DNA of 64,000 nt from the human T2T-CHM13v2.0 reference genome, Homo sapiens. A program made the translations under genes and the position numbers. The stretch lies in NCBI RefSeq assembly GCF_009914755.1, contig NC_060947.1; one strand, given 5' to 3'. Below, one piece after another: positions 15,499 to 29,486 of this stretch. The notes beneath the pieces are model-generated. The model was not told the origin of the DNA. It did no database searches and saw only the letters and a list, made by a program, of their open reading frames with translations. Each line of letters starts with the position of its first letter. Positions within the stretch are counted from its first letter, which is position 1.

Positions 15499-16783
15499 CT
15501 TTTTTTCACTTTTTAAATAAATTTTTTATTTTTAATTTTTGTGTGTACATAGTAGGTGTATATGTTTATGGGCTACATAAGATGTTTTGATACAGGCATA
15601 CAATGTGAAATAAGCACATCAGGGAAAATGGGGTATCTATCCCCTCAAGAATTTATCCTTTGTGTTACAAACAATCCAATTACACTCTTTATGTTATTGT
15701 AAAATGTACAATTAAATTATTATTAACTATAGTCACCCTGTTGTGCTATCAAATACTAGGTCTTATTCATTCTTTCCATTTTTTGTACCCATTAACCATC
15801 CTCACCTTCCCTTCATCCCCCACTACTCTTCCCAGCCTCTGGTAACCATCCCTCTACCCTCTATCTCCATGAGTTCAATTGTTTTGATTTTTAGATCTCA
15901 CAAATGAATGAGAACATGTGATGTTTGTCTTTCTGTGCCTGTCTTATTTCACTTAACATAATGACCTCTAGTTCCAACCATGTTGTTGCAAATGATTAGA
16001 TTTCTTTTTTTTATGGCTGAGTAGTACTCCATTATGTGTATGTACTGCATTTTCTTTATCCATTCATCTGTTGATGGACACTTAGGTTGTGTCCAAATCT
16101 TAGCTAAATAATGCTGCAACAAACATGCAGATATCTCTTCGATATACTGGTTTCCTTTCTTTTGGTCATATACCCTGCAGTGGGATTGCTGGATTGTATG
16201 GTAGCTCAATTTTTAGTTCTTCTGAGGAACATCCTAACTGTTCTCCATAGTGGTTGTACTAATTTACATTTCCACAAACAGTGTATGAGGGTTCCCTTTT
16301 CTCCACATCATCTCCAGCGTTTGTTATTGCCTGTCTTTTGGATATAAGCCATTTTAACTGGGTGAAATGATATCTCATTGTAATTTTGATCTGCATTTCT
16401 CTGATGATCAATGATGTTGAACACCTTTTCATATGCCTGATGGCCATTTATGTCTTTTTTTGAGACATGTCTATTCAAACCTTTTCCCCATTATTTAATT
16501 GGATTATCAGATTCTTTTCCTATAGAATCATTTGAGGTCCTTATATATTCTGGTTGTTAATCCCTTGTCAGATGGGTAGTTTGCAAATATTTTCTCTCAT
16601 TCTGTGGGTTGTCTCTTTACTTTGTTGATTGCTTCCTTTGCTATCCAGAAGCTTTTTAACTTGATATGATCCCATTTGTCCATTTTTGCTTTGGTTGCCT
16701 GTGCTTGTGGGGTATTACTCAAGAAATTTTTGCCCAGACCAATGTCCTAGAGATTTTCCCCAGTGTTTTCTTGTAGTAGTTTC
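15499..16783 (-). mobile_element. 5'-truncated L1MA (L1MA2-like)
   Basis: 3'UTR gtacatagtaggtgtatat...tgatacaggcat plus ORF2 C-terminus. Degenerate TSD accattagttttc / accatttattttc. Confidence 0.88.
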
Positions 16784-17339
16784 CACCATTTATTTTCTTC
16801 TGACATAACGATATTTCAAATCTTCCAATGTGCTGTATGATCACTTATCTCTGGGTCTTGCAAAGCTGGCACCTTGTCATGACATATGATTTTCTATGCC
16901 TTCCTTAACCTCTTAACTGCTCTTCATTTTTAGATCTCAACCTAGATTTCCCCTCATTAAACTTATGAGGCTCCCTAAGTTTTCCTTAGGTGTGGCACTG
17001 TGAACTTCTCATAAAATATCCTCATGTAGCATCATATGTTTCTTATAGACTAGCACTCCTCACATGGGATCAAAATGCTCTGCTTACTCTGAGTTCTCTA
17101 CTGGGCTAAAGTCTCAAAGATTTGGGAAAGATTTATCTTGCTTAGCACTGTGAGCAGTAGTTGCGTGATAGGCATGGGATACATTATGGTTGAATAGGTA
17201 AATAGCTAGCATGTCTCTTTCAATTTTGAGTCAGAAAAAAAGGAAAGATTTCATATGGGCTTTTCTAGCCCCCTGACAAGAACCTCTGAATGTTATCCAC
17301 TGTTTCCATCCCTTGAGTCTATGCACGTTAACTTAAATA

Positions 17340-17645
17340 TCATAGCTGTATTTTACGGACAGGTATAGCTTTGTAACAAACAATCTTAGTGGCGTACTGA
17401 TATTTTTTGTGTTCATGTTAGCTGAGGAAGCTGTACTTTATGCTTTTATTCTGAGAGTTGGTTGTGGTGAATTTTTCCCTGTGGTTCATTTTGTGACCCA
17501 AGTTAAAGGGTTAACAGTTATACAGGAGACTTCTGCTCATGGTAAACCATGCGAGCAACTCTCAAGCCTCTGCTTATGCCATGTGTACTAATGCCCTATT
17601 GGTTTAAACAAAGGGCAGGTGAAGAATGAGAACTATTCTACCCCT
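17340..17645 (-). mobile_element. Old MLT1 LTR fragment
   Basis: tttgtaacaaacaatcttagtggc...ctcaagcctctgctt...tattggtt pattern. Confidence 0.5.
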
Positions 17646-18104
17646 CTGGGTCAATGTTGACAAGTTTCCCTCTTCTGGAGGAAGGGCACAGATGAGGTTC
17701 TCCAGTATAACAATTTTGCTTTACATCTTGGGAAAGTATGAAATAGGGCATCAGATGTTTTGTAATAATATTGTAATAGTATAAGGAATTGGTGGGCCCT
17801 GTCCTACATGAAAATTTCCAAGACATCTCCTCTCTGGGTAACTAAAATCTCCCTAAGCAGAGGCCTTCCAGAGAAATAGTTATTAAAACACAAAGCAATG
17901 AAGGACTGCTTTAAACTGAGAGCACCATCTGCAAATAGCTCACCAAACCATTTAATTCGGATGACTAGCATTTTATGAACATGAACTGTGGGTCTTCCCA
18001 TGACCGTGGCTATACCAATGGTGAGGTTTGGCAAAATGTTTTTGAGTTTTCCAGCAGGATTGATAGCATTAATTCCCATCAGGAAGACTTTCTCCTGTGG
18101 ATTT

Positions 18105-18600
18105 TATTGTTTGTTTTTAAAATTTAAATCTTTTTTTTTTAATCTGGAATTTACTTCTGGATGTGGTGCAAGCTAGGGTTTCAATTTTATTTTCTTCAAA
18201 ATGTATAGACAGATGTGATAATACCATATATCTCTTTTCCTACTGAATTAAAATACTGACTTTATCCCATCTTATATTTTAATATATTTACTGAAGTATA
18301 TTTCTGTGATCTCTATTACACTCCACCACTTTATTTGCACATCTCTATGCCAATACTATATTATTTTAACTATGCTGGTTTTATAGTATGTTAATAGCTA
18401 AGATAAGCCCTCCCATATATTCTATAACCTTCTCTATAATAATTTTCCTGGGCATTTAGACTTATATGTACTTTAATATCTATTATGTACTTAAAATTCC
18501 CATTGGGATTATAATTAATATTTCACTAAATTATGTATTGATTTTAAGTGAATGAGTTTTTGTGACACCAAGTATTTCCATTAAAGAATATGTATGTCTT
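18105..18600 (-). mobile_element. Old L1M ORF2 fragment (host of the L1PA insertion)
   Basis: aatctggaattt...ttcaattttattttc...atgccaatactatattattttaactatg; resumes briefly after 19383. Confidence 0.65.
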
Positions 18601-19365
18601 ATGAAAAAATGCTCATCATCACTGGTCATTAGAGAAATGCAAATCAAAACCACAATGAGATACCATCTCATGCCAGTTAGAACAGCAATCATTAAAAAGT
18701 CAGGAAACAACAGATGCTGGAGAGGTTGTGGGAAAATAGGAATGGTTTTACACTGTTGGTGGGAGTGTACATTAGTTCAACCATTGTGGAAGATAGTGTG
18801 GCGATTCCTCAAGGATCTAGAACTAGAAATACCACTTGACCCAGCAATCCCATTACTGGGCATATACCCAAAGGATTATAAATCATTCTACGATAAAGAC
18901 ACATGCACACGTATGTTTATTGCGGCACTATTCACAATAGCAAAGACTTGGAACCAACCCAGATGTCCATCAATGGTAGACTGGATTAAGAAAATGTGGC
19001 GCATATACACCATGGAATACTATGCAGCCATAAAAAAGGATGAGTTCATGTCCTTCGCAGGGACATGGATGAAGCTGGAAACCATCATTCTCAGCAAACT
19101 ATCGCAAGATCAGGAAACCAAACACTGCATGTTCTCACTCATAAGTGGGAGTTGAACAATGAGAACACATGGACACAAGGAGGGGAACATCACACACTGG
19201 AGCCTGTGGGGAGTGGGGGCCTAGGGGAGGGATAATATTAGGAGAAATATCTAATGCAAGTGACGAGTTGATGGGTGCAGCAAACTACCATGGCACGCGT
19301 ATACCTATGTAACAAACCTGCATGTTCTGCGCATGTAACCCAGAACTTAAAGTATATATATATAA
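18601..19365 (+). mobile_element. 5'-truncated L1PA7/8-like element
   Basis: ORF2 C-terminus open to its stop at 19155, 3'UTR, tail decayed to (TA)n. 18-bp TSD aaagaatatgtat(g/a)tctt at 18583-18600 and 19366-19383. Confidence 0.92.
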
Positions 19366-19709
19366 AAAGAATATGTATATCTTCCTATTCAGATATTGTT
19401 TTATGCCTTTAGTAATAGATGTAAAAGATCAAGGTTTGACTTAGGACAGAGAGAAGGCCAGTGTGGCTGGAACAGAGAACCAGGGTGGAAAGAGGGGAGA
19501 TGAATGACCATAACCTGGAGGTCATTGTCACTCTTCCACATGACGACTGAAGATTTATTATGTGTTAATGTTAATGTTTATTCCTCAGAGGGCATTTTTA
19601 AAATCTCCCTTATTTTCAAGTTCTGGAGGAAGCCATACTGTGTATGTATTTATCACTTCAAAAGATGTTTTGTTTTTATAACTTGTTAAAGCACTTGTTA
19701 AATGTTACC

Positions 19710-19945
19710 TGAATAGAGACAAAAAATAGAATGGTGGTTTCCAGGGGCTGGAGAGAGAGGGAAATGGAGAGTTAATCTTTAATGGATACAGAGTTTTGGC
19801 TTGGGAAGATGAAAAAAGTTCTGGAGATGGTGGTGATGGTTGCACAACAGTGTGAATGTACTTAATGCCACTAAAGTGTATACTTTAAAAATAGTTACAA
19901 TGGTAAATTTTATGTTATATACATTTTACCACAGTGAAATAAAGC
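19710..19945 (+). mobile_element. L1MB 3' end
   Basis: gaagatgaaaaaagttctggagatgg...tgcacaacagtgtgaatgtacttaatgccact...ggtaaattttatg. Confidence 0.85.
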
Positions 19946-20574
19946 AAAAGCAGCATGCAATTAGCTGGAGAAGAACCACATCAACCTCTATATGGGGTGT
20001 GGAGGCAATATTTGTTTCTTATAGCTAATATATACATATTTTTTAACAAAACCAAGTGCGTCTGCAGAATACAGTTAATATTTTTAGGGAAATCATGATA
20101 GCTGCTACTATATTAACCTTCAAAGAGAAAAGGCAGAGACATTTTAAAAGCTACTATTATTCAGTAGCTTACAAGATTTATTTCAGTTCTTTTGTATAAA
20201 TAGAAAATGCACAAGTCTTTGAATAATAATTTATACTAAATGAGAATAAAGTCTATCTAAGAAAATACTTTTAAAGTATTACCATTGAAATGAAAATCAG
20301 CAATGAGAAGTTTCAAAGATTTCATTGATTTCTGATAATATATTCATAGATTTCAGTTGAAGAACTCTGACATTGACATGTTTCTTATGCTTGCTTTAAG
20401 ACACATCTTGGAAAATGCCAAAGTAGTGGGCACCATTTGCTTCTGGAACCCTTTTATTTCCCTTCTGTATCCAGTCCCTATATTCTGGTATCCCTTTCCT
20501 TATCTTTCAAGTGTTCAGTGTACTTGGTGCTACTTTGATCACTTTGGTCTGATATGCAGCCTAGCATTCAGGAA

Positions 20575-20805
20575 AGGATGTGTGCTATGAGTTAGAAAGT
20601 GCTTTGTTTGAATCCTAGTTTGAATTTCTATCCAGTTCTATGACCTTGTGCCAGTGAATTAACCTCTCTGAACCTTGGTTTCCTCATTCATGATATGAGG
20701 ATGCTCCTCTCAGTTACCTTGCTGTTATTACAGTGTTGCTTTGAAAATACTAAACCAGTGCCTGACTTTTCTACAGTATGTGATGTGATCAATAAATGCT
20801 ATTCT
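20575..20805 (+). mobile_element. MIR
   Basis: tgaccttgtgccagtgaattaacctctctgaaccttggtttcctcat. Confidence 0.7.
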
Positions 20806-22684
20806 CATCTCTTTTCCTGCGCCTCCTCATCCAGCCCTGACTTCAAAGACTTGGGTAATTTATTTATCTCTCCTCCTTCTCCTCATTCTCAATCCAACTC
20901 CCATCAAAAATGCAATTTCTTCTGTGTGACTAATATTAACTACTTGTTTGTTGAAAAGCAATCTGGACTAAACTAATGCACAACAAGGGGGAAAATAACA
21001 CCTTGTCTGCTAAACTACTTGCTGTGGTTGTTGCATATTAAAAGAAGGTGCTTATAAACCTGACTGTAAGTGCAGTAACTTCAGGTGTAATTCAGAGGAG
21101 ATATTTTGGGGACATTATGGGAATGGAAAAAAAACAATTATTGCTCGTTTTGAGAGTTTTATATTTTGTTTAAAATTTTTAGTTAAAGATTTTGGGGTAT
21201 AATTTCTCTGATAGGTGGTTAGCTGTGTCATAGGTCATGCCATTAAAACTGTAGGGTGGGTGGTTACTGTAGGGTTAGTAAATAATAACAGGTGAATATA
21301 AAAATGTATCTAGAAACACTGGGTAGCTGGATATTTGATGGGAAGAAGAAGCTTGGAGCAACTTCATGGAAAGAAGGAAGCAGGTCTTTCATCAAAGAGC
21401 ATCAGAAGAAGATGAGAAGAGCAAGAGGGAGAAAGGAGACCCATGGCAGCCTCCACTGATCAGGAAGAGTAAAAATGTTTCTGCAAGGATTAGGAGGTAA
21501 TAGTGCAGTTGGGAGAAAAGGGCTTGTAAAATTCATGGCCCTGTTATGGCCATGGCTCTTGGTTATCTTTCTGAGAACAAAAACATGGGTCTCTTCCTCA
21601 GTTTGTTCTTGGGGCCCACAGAGTCCAGAGGTCACTTTGCTGCCTTTTAGCTCCATACTTCAAGAAGTGTTTTCTTATGATACTGTCAGCTCAGTCTGCA
21701 TTTTGGATAGATTTCCCAAATCTCACAGTACTGGAGTGGAGAGTTTCCCTTTTTGTCTGGTTTTCAGTATCCCGTTTAAGTGAAGATAGATAAAATCAAA
21801 CATGTAGCATGTTCTTTTCAGTTGCCGAACAGAGAAAAGTATAATTCAAAATAGAACAAATATATTATTTACTACATAATGTGTTTCCAAGAAAATGGTG
21901 CTAAATGGGTGGTCTTGTCGTTACCAGACTTTATCACTCACATTATGCAAACATGGAAAATAGCAGTGAGCAAAGGGGCAAATGTGAATTTAGAGGAAAA
22001 TGTATTTGCTTCAACAATGAGCTCTTTCCTCCCAGTTGAATTTACTACAAGTAGCTCTCTCTAACTGAAAAAAAAAATCCAAACTTATTATTACTCTTTG
22101 GTTGTCCATTCAATGATGACTCAAAGTCATCCTTGACATTTTGATCTTGCAAAATAAGTGGTTACTGTGGAGGTCCTATCCATGGACCATTTCATGCATA
22201 CTTTCATTTTCTAAACTTCAATATTAATAAAAAGCATCCAGAGCCAGTGATTTTTAAGGTTTCAGGAATAATCACATCTTTGACTGTGAGCGTTATAATC
22301 CCAATGTGAATTATTTTTACTTCAATGATATGACTTTTTTTTTTTTAGTATTTACTTCCAATAATAATTATAAAACTTATGGAATTTTTTTCACTTCCTT
22401 CCACAAAAAAGGTGAAAATGAAGAGGCTAGGGAACCACATATGTTTATTATTTCTTTTCTTTCTTGGAATTGTGTTATCTCAAGACGGTTGGCTATACTG
22501 AACTCAAATCACTAAATACTAAATTTCTGCCAATTGTGTGCAGGACAAAGTTGTGGAGGTTGGGGGAGTTTCATGGACATATAGACAATATGTCCTCTGG
22601 TCCAAGCTGTTTATGATCAGTGTTAAATCAGAAATCCATAGAACAGGATACTAAAACACCAACTTTTCTTCTTAAAAATATGCT

Positions 22685-22865
22685 TTACTCATTTAATCTT
22701 CCAGTATTTATGAAGTAGGATTATTCTTATCCCCATTTTATAGATAGAAAGCTGAGGCTCAGGGAGGTTGAGCTAGTTAGTGGCAGAGCTGAGGTTTAAA
22801 TCCAAGGCATAAACCCAAGGTTAATGCTCCAGTTCTCTGGTCTGAGCTTTTAATCACTCTGCAAC
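22685..22865 (-). mobile_element. MIR
   Basis: atccccattttatagatagaaagctgaggctcagggaggtt. Confidence 0.75.
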
Positions 22866-23556
22866 ACAGCCTTGCCAAAAGAGGCAAACTCTAATACAAC
22901 AATAATGATGAGAACAAAAAAACAAAAGAAGACAAAAACTGAGATATAATCAGTGTTTTATCCTGAGATGAGCTGGGAATCAGTACACTTTCAATTGAAT
23001 CTCATGGCCTTTAGAATGTTAGTACAGGGAGAAATAAAAAATACCATCTAGTCCAGTTGTCCCATTGCTGGGCACTTAAATAACTGTTTATCGAGGAATG
23101 GACTTTACATATGAGACACCCATGTTCCAGAATATAAATGATGTGTCCAGGGTCATAATTTAATTAAATTATAGTTTTGTAAGGGATCTGAGAAATGTTC
23201 TAGAAATTCTCCCAAGCAAAGCTGGAACACAGTCTCTCCATGAAATTCTTTCAGAGACTAGGCTGTCCTTTTCATAAAAGTTAATTCCTCAAGAACAATG
23301 ACACAGTTATGCACTGGGTGCTGTAGGAAAAGAGAACATACAGAGCGGTGGTCCTTTAGCCATATTAACCAACTATAGTAATCCTTATGAATCATTATTC
23401 CCATTTTACCATTGAGAAAGCTTAGGTTCAAGAAGTCCCCACAGTTACTCAGTTGTGGTGCAGGATGATCTGACAGCAAACCCAATGTTCATTCTCCTAT
23501 ACTACTCTTCCTTTCATTAAGAAATGTTCCTTCTCTAATGAAGATCAAACAATGAT

Positions 23557-23970
23557 TGTAGCAGAACTGCTGGTGCCCTACCCGGATCCTTTTACCTAGC
23601 CAGAGGGCCCATCACCCAACTGCTGTGAGTGTTGCCTAATGTCCATAGCTGCCCCTTTCTCCAGAGAATTGCCAGCCCTAACAGGAAGCTCAAAGCTTGG
23701 GAGATTATGTCTTTGCCCTTCCCAAGGGCAGCCAATGACAGGCAACGTAGGGTACAAAATATCAGTCCCCTTTCCTCAAGGTGGGACAAATCTGTAATGC
23801 CGTTAATGCTCCAGAGTCTTCTGTGGATCAGGACAAGCATAGGTTTTATCTGAGAACAGATTGATGCTCTTCTCTTTCTCCTTCCCCATCCGGCTTCACT
23901 TAGTTTCTTTCAATTCCTCCACCCCCACCAAGAACAAACCCTTAAAAAATCACATTCATCCAAAGATTCA
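23557..23970 (+). mobile_element. LTR16-family (ERVL) solo LTR
   Basis: tgtagcagaactgctggtgccc...ctccagagaattgcc...gcagccaatgac...ctcaaggtgggacaa...atgctccagag. Confidence 0.75.
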
Positions 23971-24734
23971 AAGTTTAGCCACATTTGATGGAAACTTGCC
24001 AGAATGTTTATGACTTGCCTTCCTTCCTGAACAGCATACCCAAAACAGTCTTCCCATTGCTTGAAGTAATATTGTGACATCCTCAAAGAAAATATAAGTG
24101 CACTGGGGAGTTTGTTTTGTGCTGAGTGACTTTATCTTGCCTAGCTCTCTCCTTCAGTGGCAATTTCTCAAGGCTTTGAAGTTCAGCATCCCTGGACTAT
24201 AAAACCTAATGTCTGATACTTTTTTTTTAACCCAAACATTTAACATCTTTGAAATTGGGGTGTGTTATATATTTGTTGTTAGTCTAGATTGAATTCAAAC
24301 TTTTCAACAGAGGAATTGTCTTTGTTTCTGCTCATCATCTGGAGCACTACTAACCTGACAACTCTTTAAATTAAATTCTCATGTTTTTACTTTTTAAAAT
24401 CATGATGAATTCAGTCTGCGAATTTACTTGTTTGAATACCAGTTTGTGGTTCAAATCTCAGGGGAGATTTTTTTCCCTTCCTCTAATTAGAGGAAAGATT
24501 GAGGCATGCAGTTTTTTTTTCTGTTCTTTTCTACGTGGTAGCTTTATTTCTTCTTTATCCTTGCACTGAAGGTGTAGCCATTTTCTACCCTAAGTTTTAC
24601 ACAGTGGTCTCCTAATAAACTCCCCACATTTGTGGTATTTTTTACTTTCTATGTCATACACAAAATAATGGGCATCTTTCAATCAATGGCATAAAAGCTT
24701 GATAAAATACACAAATAATCCTAATTATCACCAG

Positions 24735-25878
24735 ATAAATTAGCATTGTGGAGTCATTGGTGATCTTGACAAGTTTCGTTTCTGTGCAGTCGTGTGGATG
24801 AAAGCCTGATGAGAATGGACTTAAGAGAGAATGGAAGTCAGTACAGACAACTCATCTGAAGAGTCTGCTACAAAGGGAGCACAAAAATGAGGCAGTAGGT
24901 GGGGAAGTAAGTGGACCAAGGAAGAGGGGTCTCTTAGAGACGTAACACTGTGTTTGTGTGCTGCAGGGGCTGATCCCATAGAGAGGGAGATGAATTGCTG
25001 AAACTAGGTCCTGGAATATGCAAAAGGGCATGAAATCCAGTGCATATCTTGAGGGGCTGGCTTTACACAGGACAATGGACGGTTCATCAATGGTAACTGG
25101 CAGGTCAGCAGAGTATGCAAATACAGCGGTGAGAGTCTGGGGAAGTTCTTTTCTGATTCCTTCCACATTCCCGATGAAGCTGAAAGCAAGGTTAGCAGAA
25201 CTGAAGACAGGGAAAACGTTTTGAAGGTTTGCAGAGAGAAGAGGGAATATGTAATATTCATCAAGGAGAGTGAGAGGGTGAATGGGGCAGGCAAGCAGAG
25301 GATGATTGCTGGCAGCACTAAGGCCCACTTGAAGTTTTGGTTCTGAATTGACCGGTCTGAGAAAGACCAGTCAATATGGTCTGTAATTTTCTTCAGGCAT
25401 GGAGTAGGCAGAGAGGTTAATTTAACTGGGACTGTGTTTTGCAATGCTGAGTGTACTGAATGTGCTGAGAAACAGGGAACTGAGGAAGTATGCAAAGGAG
25501 TGACTACAAGGACGGTTCACGGACTTTAACCTGGAAAAAGAGAAAGGAGGGGCTATAAATGGGTTGAAATGATAGAAAGATCAATGAATTTGAGCTCTTG
25601 GTGGCAATAAAGTTCCAATAATACTGCGACTGTACTGGTATTAGAACATTTGAGATAGAGAGATAGGAGGTGGTGATTAGAGAGGAGGATTCAAGAGGTT
25701 GAGAATGTGACAGGTTGGTAGTAATTGATGATAAAGCCCATAGTGTAACCAGGTGTAACCAGGGGCACGAGGAATTAAAGTAAGCTGGAGAACTATCTTG
25801 TAAAATACAAGTTCAAGAGTCCTGGAGGGCAGCGTGTTGGAAAGTTTATCTCTCTGTCTATCTACCTATTCTCTCTCC

Positions 25879-25915
<37 letters not shown>

Positions 25916-26510
25916 ACTAGCTAGCTCTAAGAATTAAGACAGAAGTAGTTGGAGATGGTCACAGTAAGAAAGCAGGTAAAAATGATAGGGAGTGACCTAT
26001 GGAGCTTACATTCCTAGAAGGATAGATAATAATGATCATACCGAAAAAGTAAATTAGATGGACTGATGGAAGGTGAGGTGCATTGGATATGATGAGACAC
26101 TGGGATGAGTTACACCAGTAAATAGGGTAGTCAGTGGAGGCTTCATTGAGATGATAACGTCTGAGGAGAGATTTAAGTGAGATGATGGAGTTGATCAGCT
26201 AACTATCGGGGGGAAGAGCATTCCGAGGGAACAGCCAGTGCAAAGCCCCTGTGGTGGCAGTGTGCCTGGCATATTTGAGGAGGAGCACGGAGGCCAGTGT
26301 GAGTAGAATGGAAAGAATGGTGTGAGCATTACTACCCATAGTAGTAGTGCTACCTCTGTGGTGGAAATGAAAATGCAAGGGTGGATTACATAAAAATTTA
26401 GATTTCACTTTGAGTGATATGATAACCATTGGAAATTTAGAGCAAAGAAGTGACCTAATCTGACTTATGACTGCTGCATTGAGAATAGACTATGTGGCAG
26501 GTGGCAACAA
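24735..26510 (-). mobile_element. L2 fragments (ORF2 region), interrupted by (CT)n near 25876-25914
   Basis: gtcattggtgatcttgacaag...aagcctgatgagaatggacttaagagagaatgg; agcattccgagggaacagccagtgcaaagcccctgtggtgg. Confidence 0.75.
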
Positions 26511-26616
26511 GAATGGAAGATTAAAGCATCTAAAAGGACTGGGAGAATGGAAATTGGGAGAGGAATTGTAAGAGCTTCAGGTTCTGAAGAGAGCTGTTAG
26601 TGCATTGTACATCTCT

Positions 26617-27840
26617 GTTACCTACAACCTACTCCCTAGAAAAGGAAGAGAAGGGGGATGTTTTTACCTTCAGCCCAAGTCAAAAGAGGACCTTAAGGAG
26701 ACCACTCAGATCTTAATAGGTAGCTCCTGTAATGTGGTGTTGCGTATACAGTAGACTGGGGCTTGGCTCTCACCTGAACCATCTAAGGGCTGGAAGCAGT
26801 GACTGGCTGGAGTCTTGTGGAAAAGTGAAGGAGAGATGCTGAACTGGGAATCAGCCTGCACTTCTAGGGTTTGCTGGTGTTAAGGATACATGGGTGTTTA
26901 TCATGTACCAAATGGACCATGCTTGCAAGAGAGCTGGAGTAGAGTTGTCTTAGGCTCTGCCTCAAGGACTGCCAAGAAGGACAGAAGCTAGGAAGTGAGC
27001 CATTGGATTGCTAAGGGATATGAAAGGGACTCTAAGTTGTAACTTGAACCAGAAATGTATTCTCCCCATCAAGGAAACTGTAGATAAGAGATTTACAGTG
27101 ATTTTGATAAGGGATTCTGTAAGAATTCCACAACATCGTGCATGTACGTATGCGAGAGGTTTTACAACAGTAGCAGTCAGTTAAGAGCTGCATGGATCCT
27201 CTCAACCACTTCTCTCTATGCCTTAATCAGTATCTGGAAAGGACAGAGACCATAGTTAGCAAGCTGGAGAGGATGGTCAAACAACAACAACAACAACAAC
27301 AAACCTTAAAAGGGGAAAGAGTAAAAAAAAAAAAGCCAACAATATGTCTTCTATGACTGCAGACATATGGCTTGCAACATAAAGTTGAGGGAGATGCCCA
27401 ACTTGAAAGCAAATTTGGAGTATTGACTTCTACAAGTAATTGGACATTGCTAGTCCTACACAGAGACTACTTATATTTTCTGAGAGCAACTTGAAAATTC
27501 ATGGAGTTGTTTTCATACAAAGGTGGGGGAAGAACTAGTCCTGCTAAGCAAATTTAAAGGTCATATAAAGTGTTTCTCAACTTCAGCACTACTGACATTT
27601 TGACCAGAGTATTCTTTTGTTGCGGGAGCTGTCTGTGCATTGTAGGATATGTGGCAGCATCCCTGGTTTCTATGTACTAGATGCTGGTAGCTCTCGCCTC
27701 CAGTTATAACAACCAAACCCGTCTCCATACACTGCCAAGTGTCCTTTGTGGGGCAAAATGGACTCTGTTGAGAATTGTTGAATGAATGGGAGACAAAAAT
27801 AATACTGCCTCAGGATTATATGCTTGTTGTTACACCAGCT
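26617..27840 (+). mobile_element. LTR78-like old LTR, split by MER20
   Basis: ggggaagaactagtcctgctaagcaaatttaaagg [MER20] gggagacaaaaataa...gcttgtt matches the recalled LTR78 3' part. Confidence 0.55.
27568..27780 (-). mobile_element. MER20 (hAT-Charlie)
   Basis: gtgtttctcaacttcagcactactgacattttg...gcagcatccctgg...tagatgctggtagc...gggcaaaat...gttgagaa. Confidence 0.88.
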
Positions 27841-29225
27841 AAAATTGCCTGGAAAAGCCCTCTTTTCTCCTCGGTTTCCTTGGGCTCCTGCTAAGATGCT
27901 TGACCCCTCTCTTTTTAGATGCTCTTTTCACCTCTTCTCCGATCTGTTCTCCCCTCTCCCAGCTCCCCCAACCCCTGCCACTTCCTTTGAGGGGTATCCC
28001 CAGAAACTCAGATTTTTCTCTTATTTTATTATGCAAAGCAATTCCGTTCTCACTTTGTCTCTTAGGAGCCCAGGAGGTTGGGGTAGTGCTTGTGTGCATG
28101 TGTGTGTGCATGAGCACGTGTGCGCATTTGTGTGTGTGATGTGGAGATGTGTGATGGTCATGTTATTGTCTTTAATTCAAAATACTTCATCAAGTTATTT
28201 TCTTAAACAAAGAGCCATATTTACGGGAAAGCAATCCTCCAGCAGAAGCCACTGCAAATATTAGAAATTTTAAATAGCAAATCCCCCTCTGGCAACCCCA
28301 TCCCCTAGGCACACACAGAAATTTTGGAAAATGAGAGGGTAAATTCCAGAAAAGGGGCCCGATGCTCGGCTTTTAGAGGCATTGTCCAGAAATGTTTTAC
28401 ATAGCCAATTAAAACTTTTACCTCTTATTGATAAAACATGTATATCAACCAGACACAAAGGGATGCGAGCTTTCCAAAGTACAAATCAGTGGATTAAAAG
28501 TAGCCAGTCAAATAAAATCCTGTTAGATATATTACTATCTTATGCTGATGAACAGCACAGTTTTTACAATCCCACCTCATTTTGATTTCTGCCAATTAGA
28601 AAACAAAGGAAAATATTTAACAAATATGTGGCATTAAAAATAACAGGCATTTTGGGGGCAGGGTTTTGTGGGTTTTTCTAAAACCACTTTTTGAGTACTT
28701 ATTGAGAGACATTTGTTTCAGCTGCCCTCTTTGTTTCATTAGAAATTTGTCTATGGATAACATGAAGAAATATCTTAGGCAAACTCTCATCTAAAGACCA
28801 GGAAAACCCCCTGTTTCTTAGGCTTTCACTGAAATAATATTAATAATTTCATTTTACATGCTGATATTATGAGTCATACTTGCTTTAAAATGTACAAACT
28901 ATCCTTTTTATATTTTTCATCCTCTGATTCTTCCTTTCATCCTCTGAGACAAAAAAATAAATAAAAACCTCAAAGAAATGTCGTTCAAACTCCAGGCTAG
29001 TACATTATGCTGACGTTTATTTTGAATGTCTTCAATCAAAAGTATTTTTATTTTAATCATACAATCCATTCTTTTTCTTATAACAGTAGGTTTTAACCAT
29101 CATAAAAAATGTTGTTTACTTGATTACTGTCTACTCATTTTTAAGGATTTTTTTTTGTGGCTGAATTGAATGGTCAGCCATGTGGCGAAAACACATTGGT
29201 ATGTGTGTATGTGAGTATATATCTC

Positions 29226-29273
29226 TATCTATCTATCTATCTATATAGATCTATATAGATAGATAGATAGATA
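29226..29273. repeat. Perfect 48-bp palindrome of (CTAT)n/(ATAG)n
   Basis: 24 consecutive complementary pairs around agatct (centre 29249/29250), no spacer. Confidence 0.95.
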
Positions 29274-29486
29274 TATTGGGGGGAGATGTGGATGTGTACA
29301 CCCATACATGTGCATGTTGTTGTTTTATAACTTGTTCACTCCTTTTTGACTTCACTAGTCTAAAATGCAAATAATTATATTCTAGAATCTTGTCCCAAAG
29401 TATAGCAATGCATAGTTAAGATGTAAACTGGGCTCATACCTCCCAGGAAGTCTCATTTGCCCCCCTTTCCCCATCCCTAAATTCTT

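Noticed and set aside
21810-21845. Possible micro-exon ttttcag|TTGCCGAACAGAGAAAA|gtataa
   Set aside because: Weak donor, 17-nt length and no supporting context.
24852-25495. Overlapping 158- and 163-aa minus-strand ORFs
   Set aside because: Degenerate L2 ORF2 sequence, not a cellular gene.
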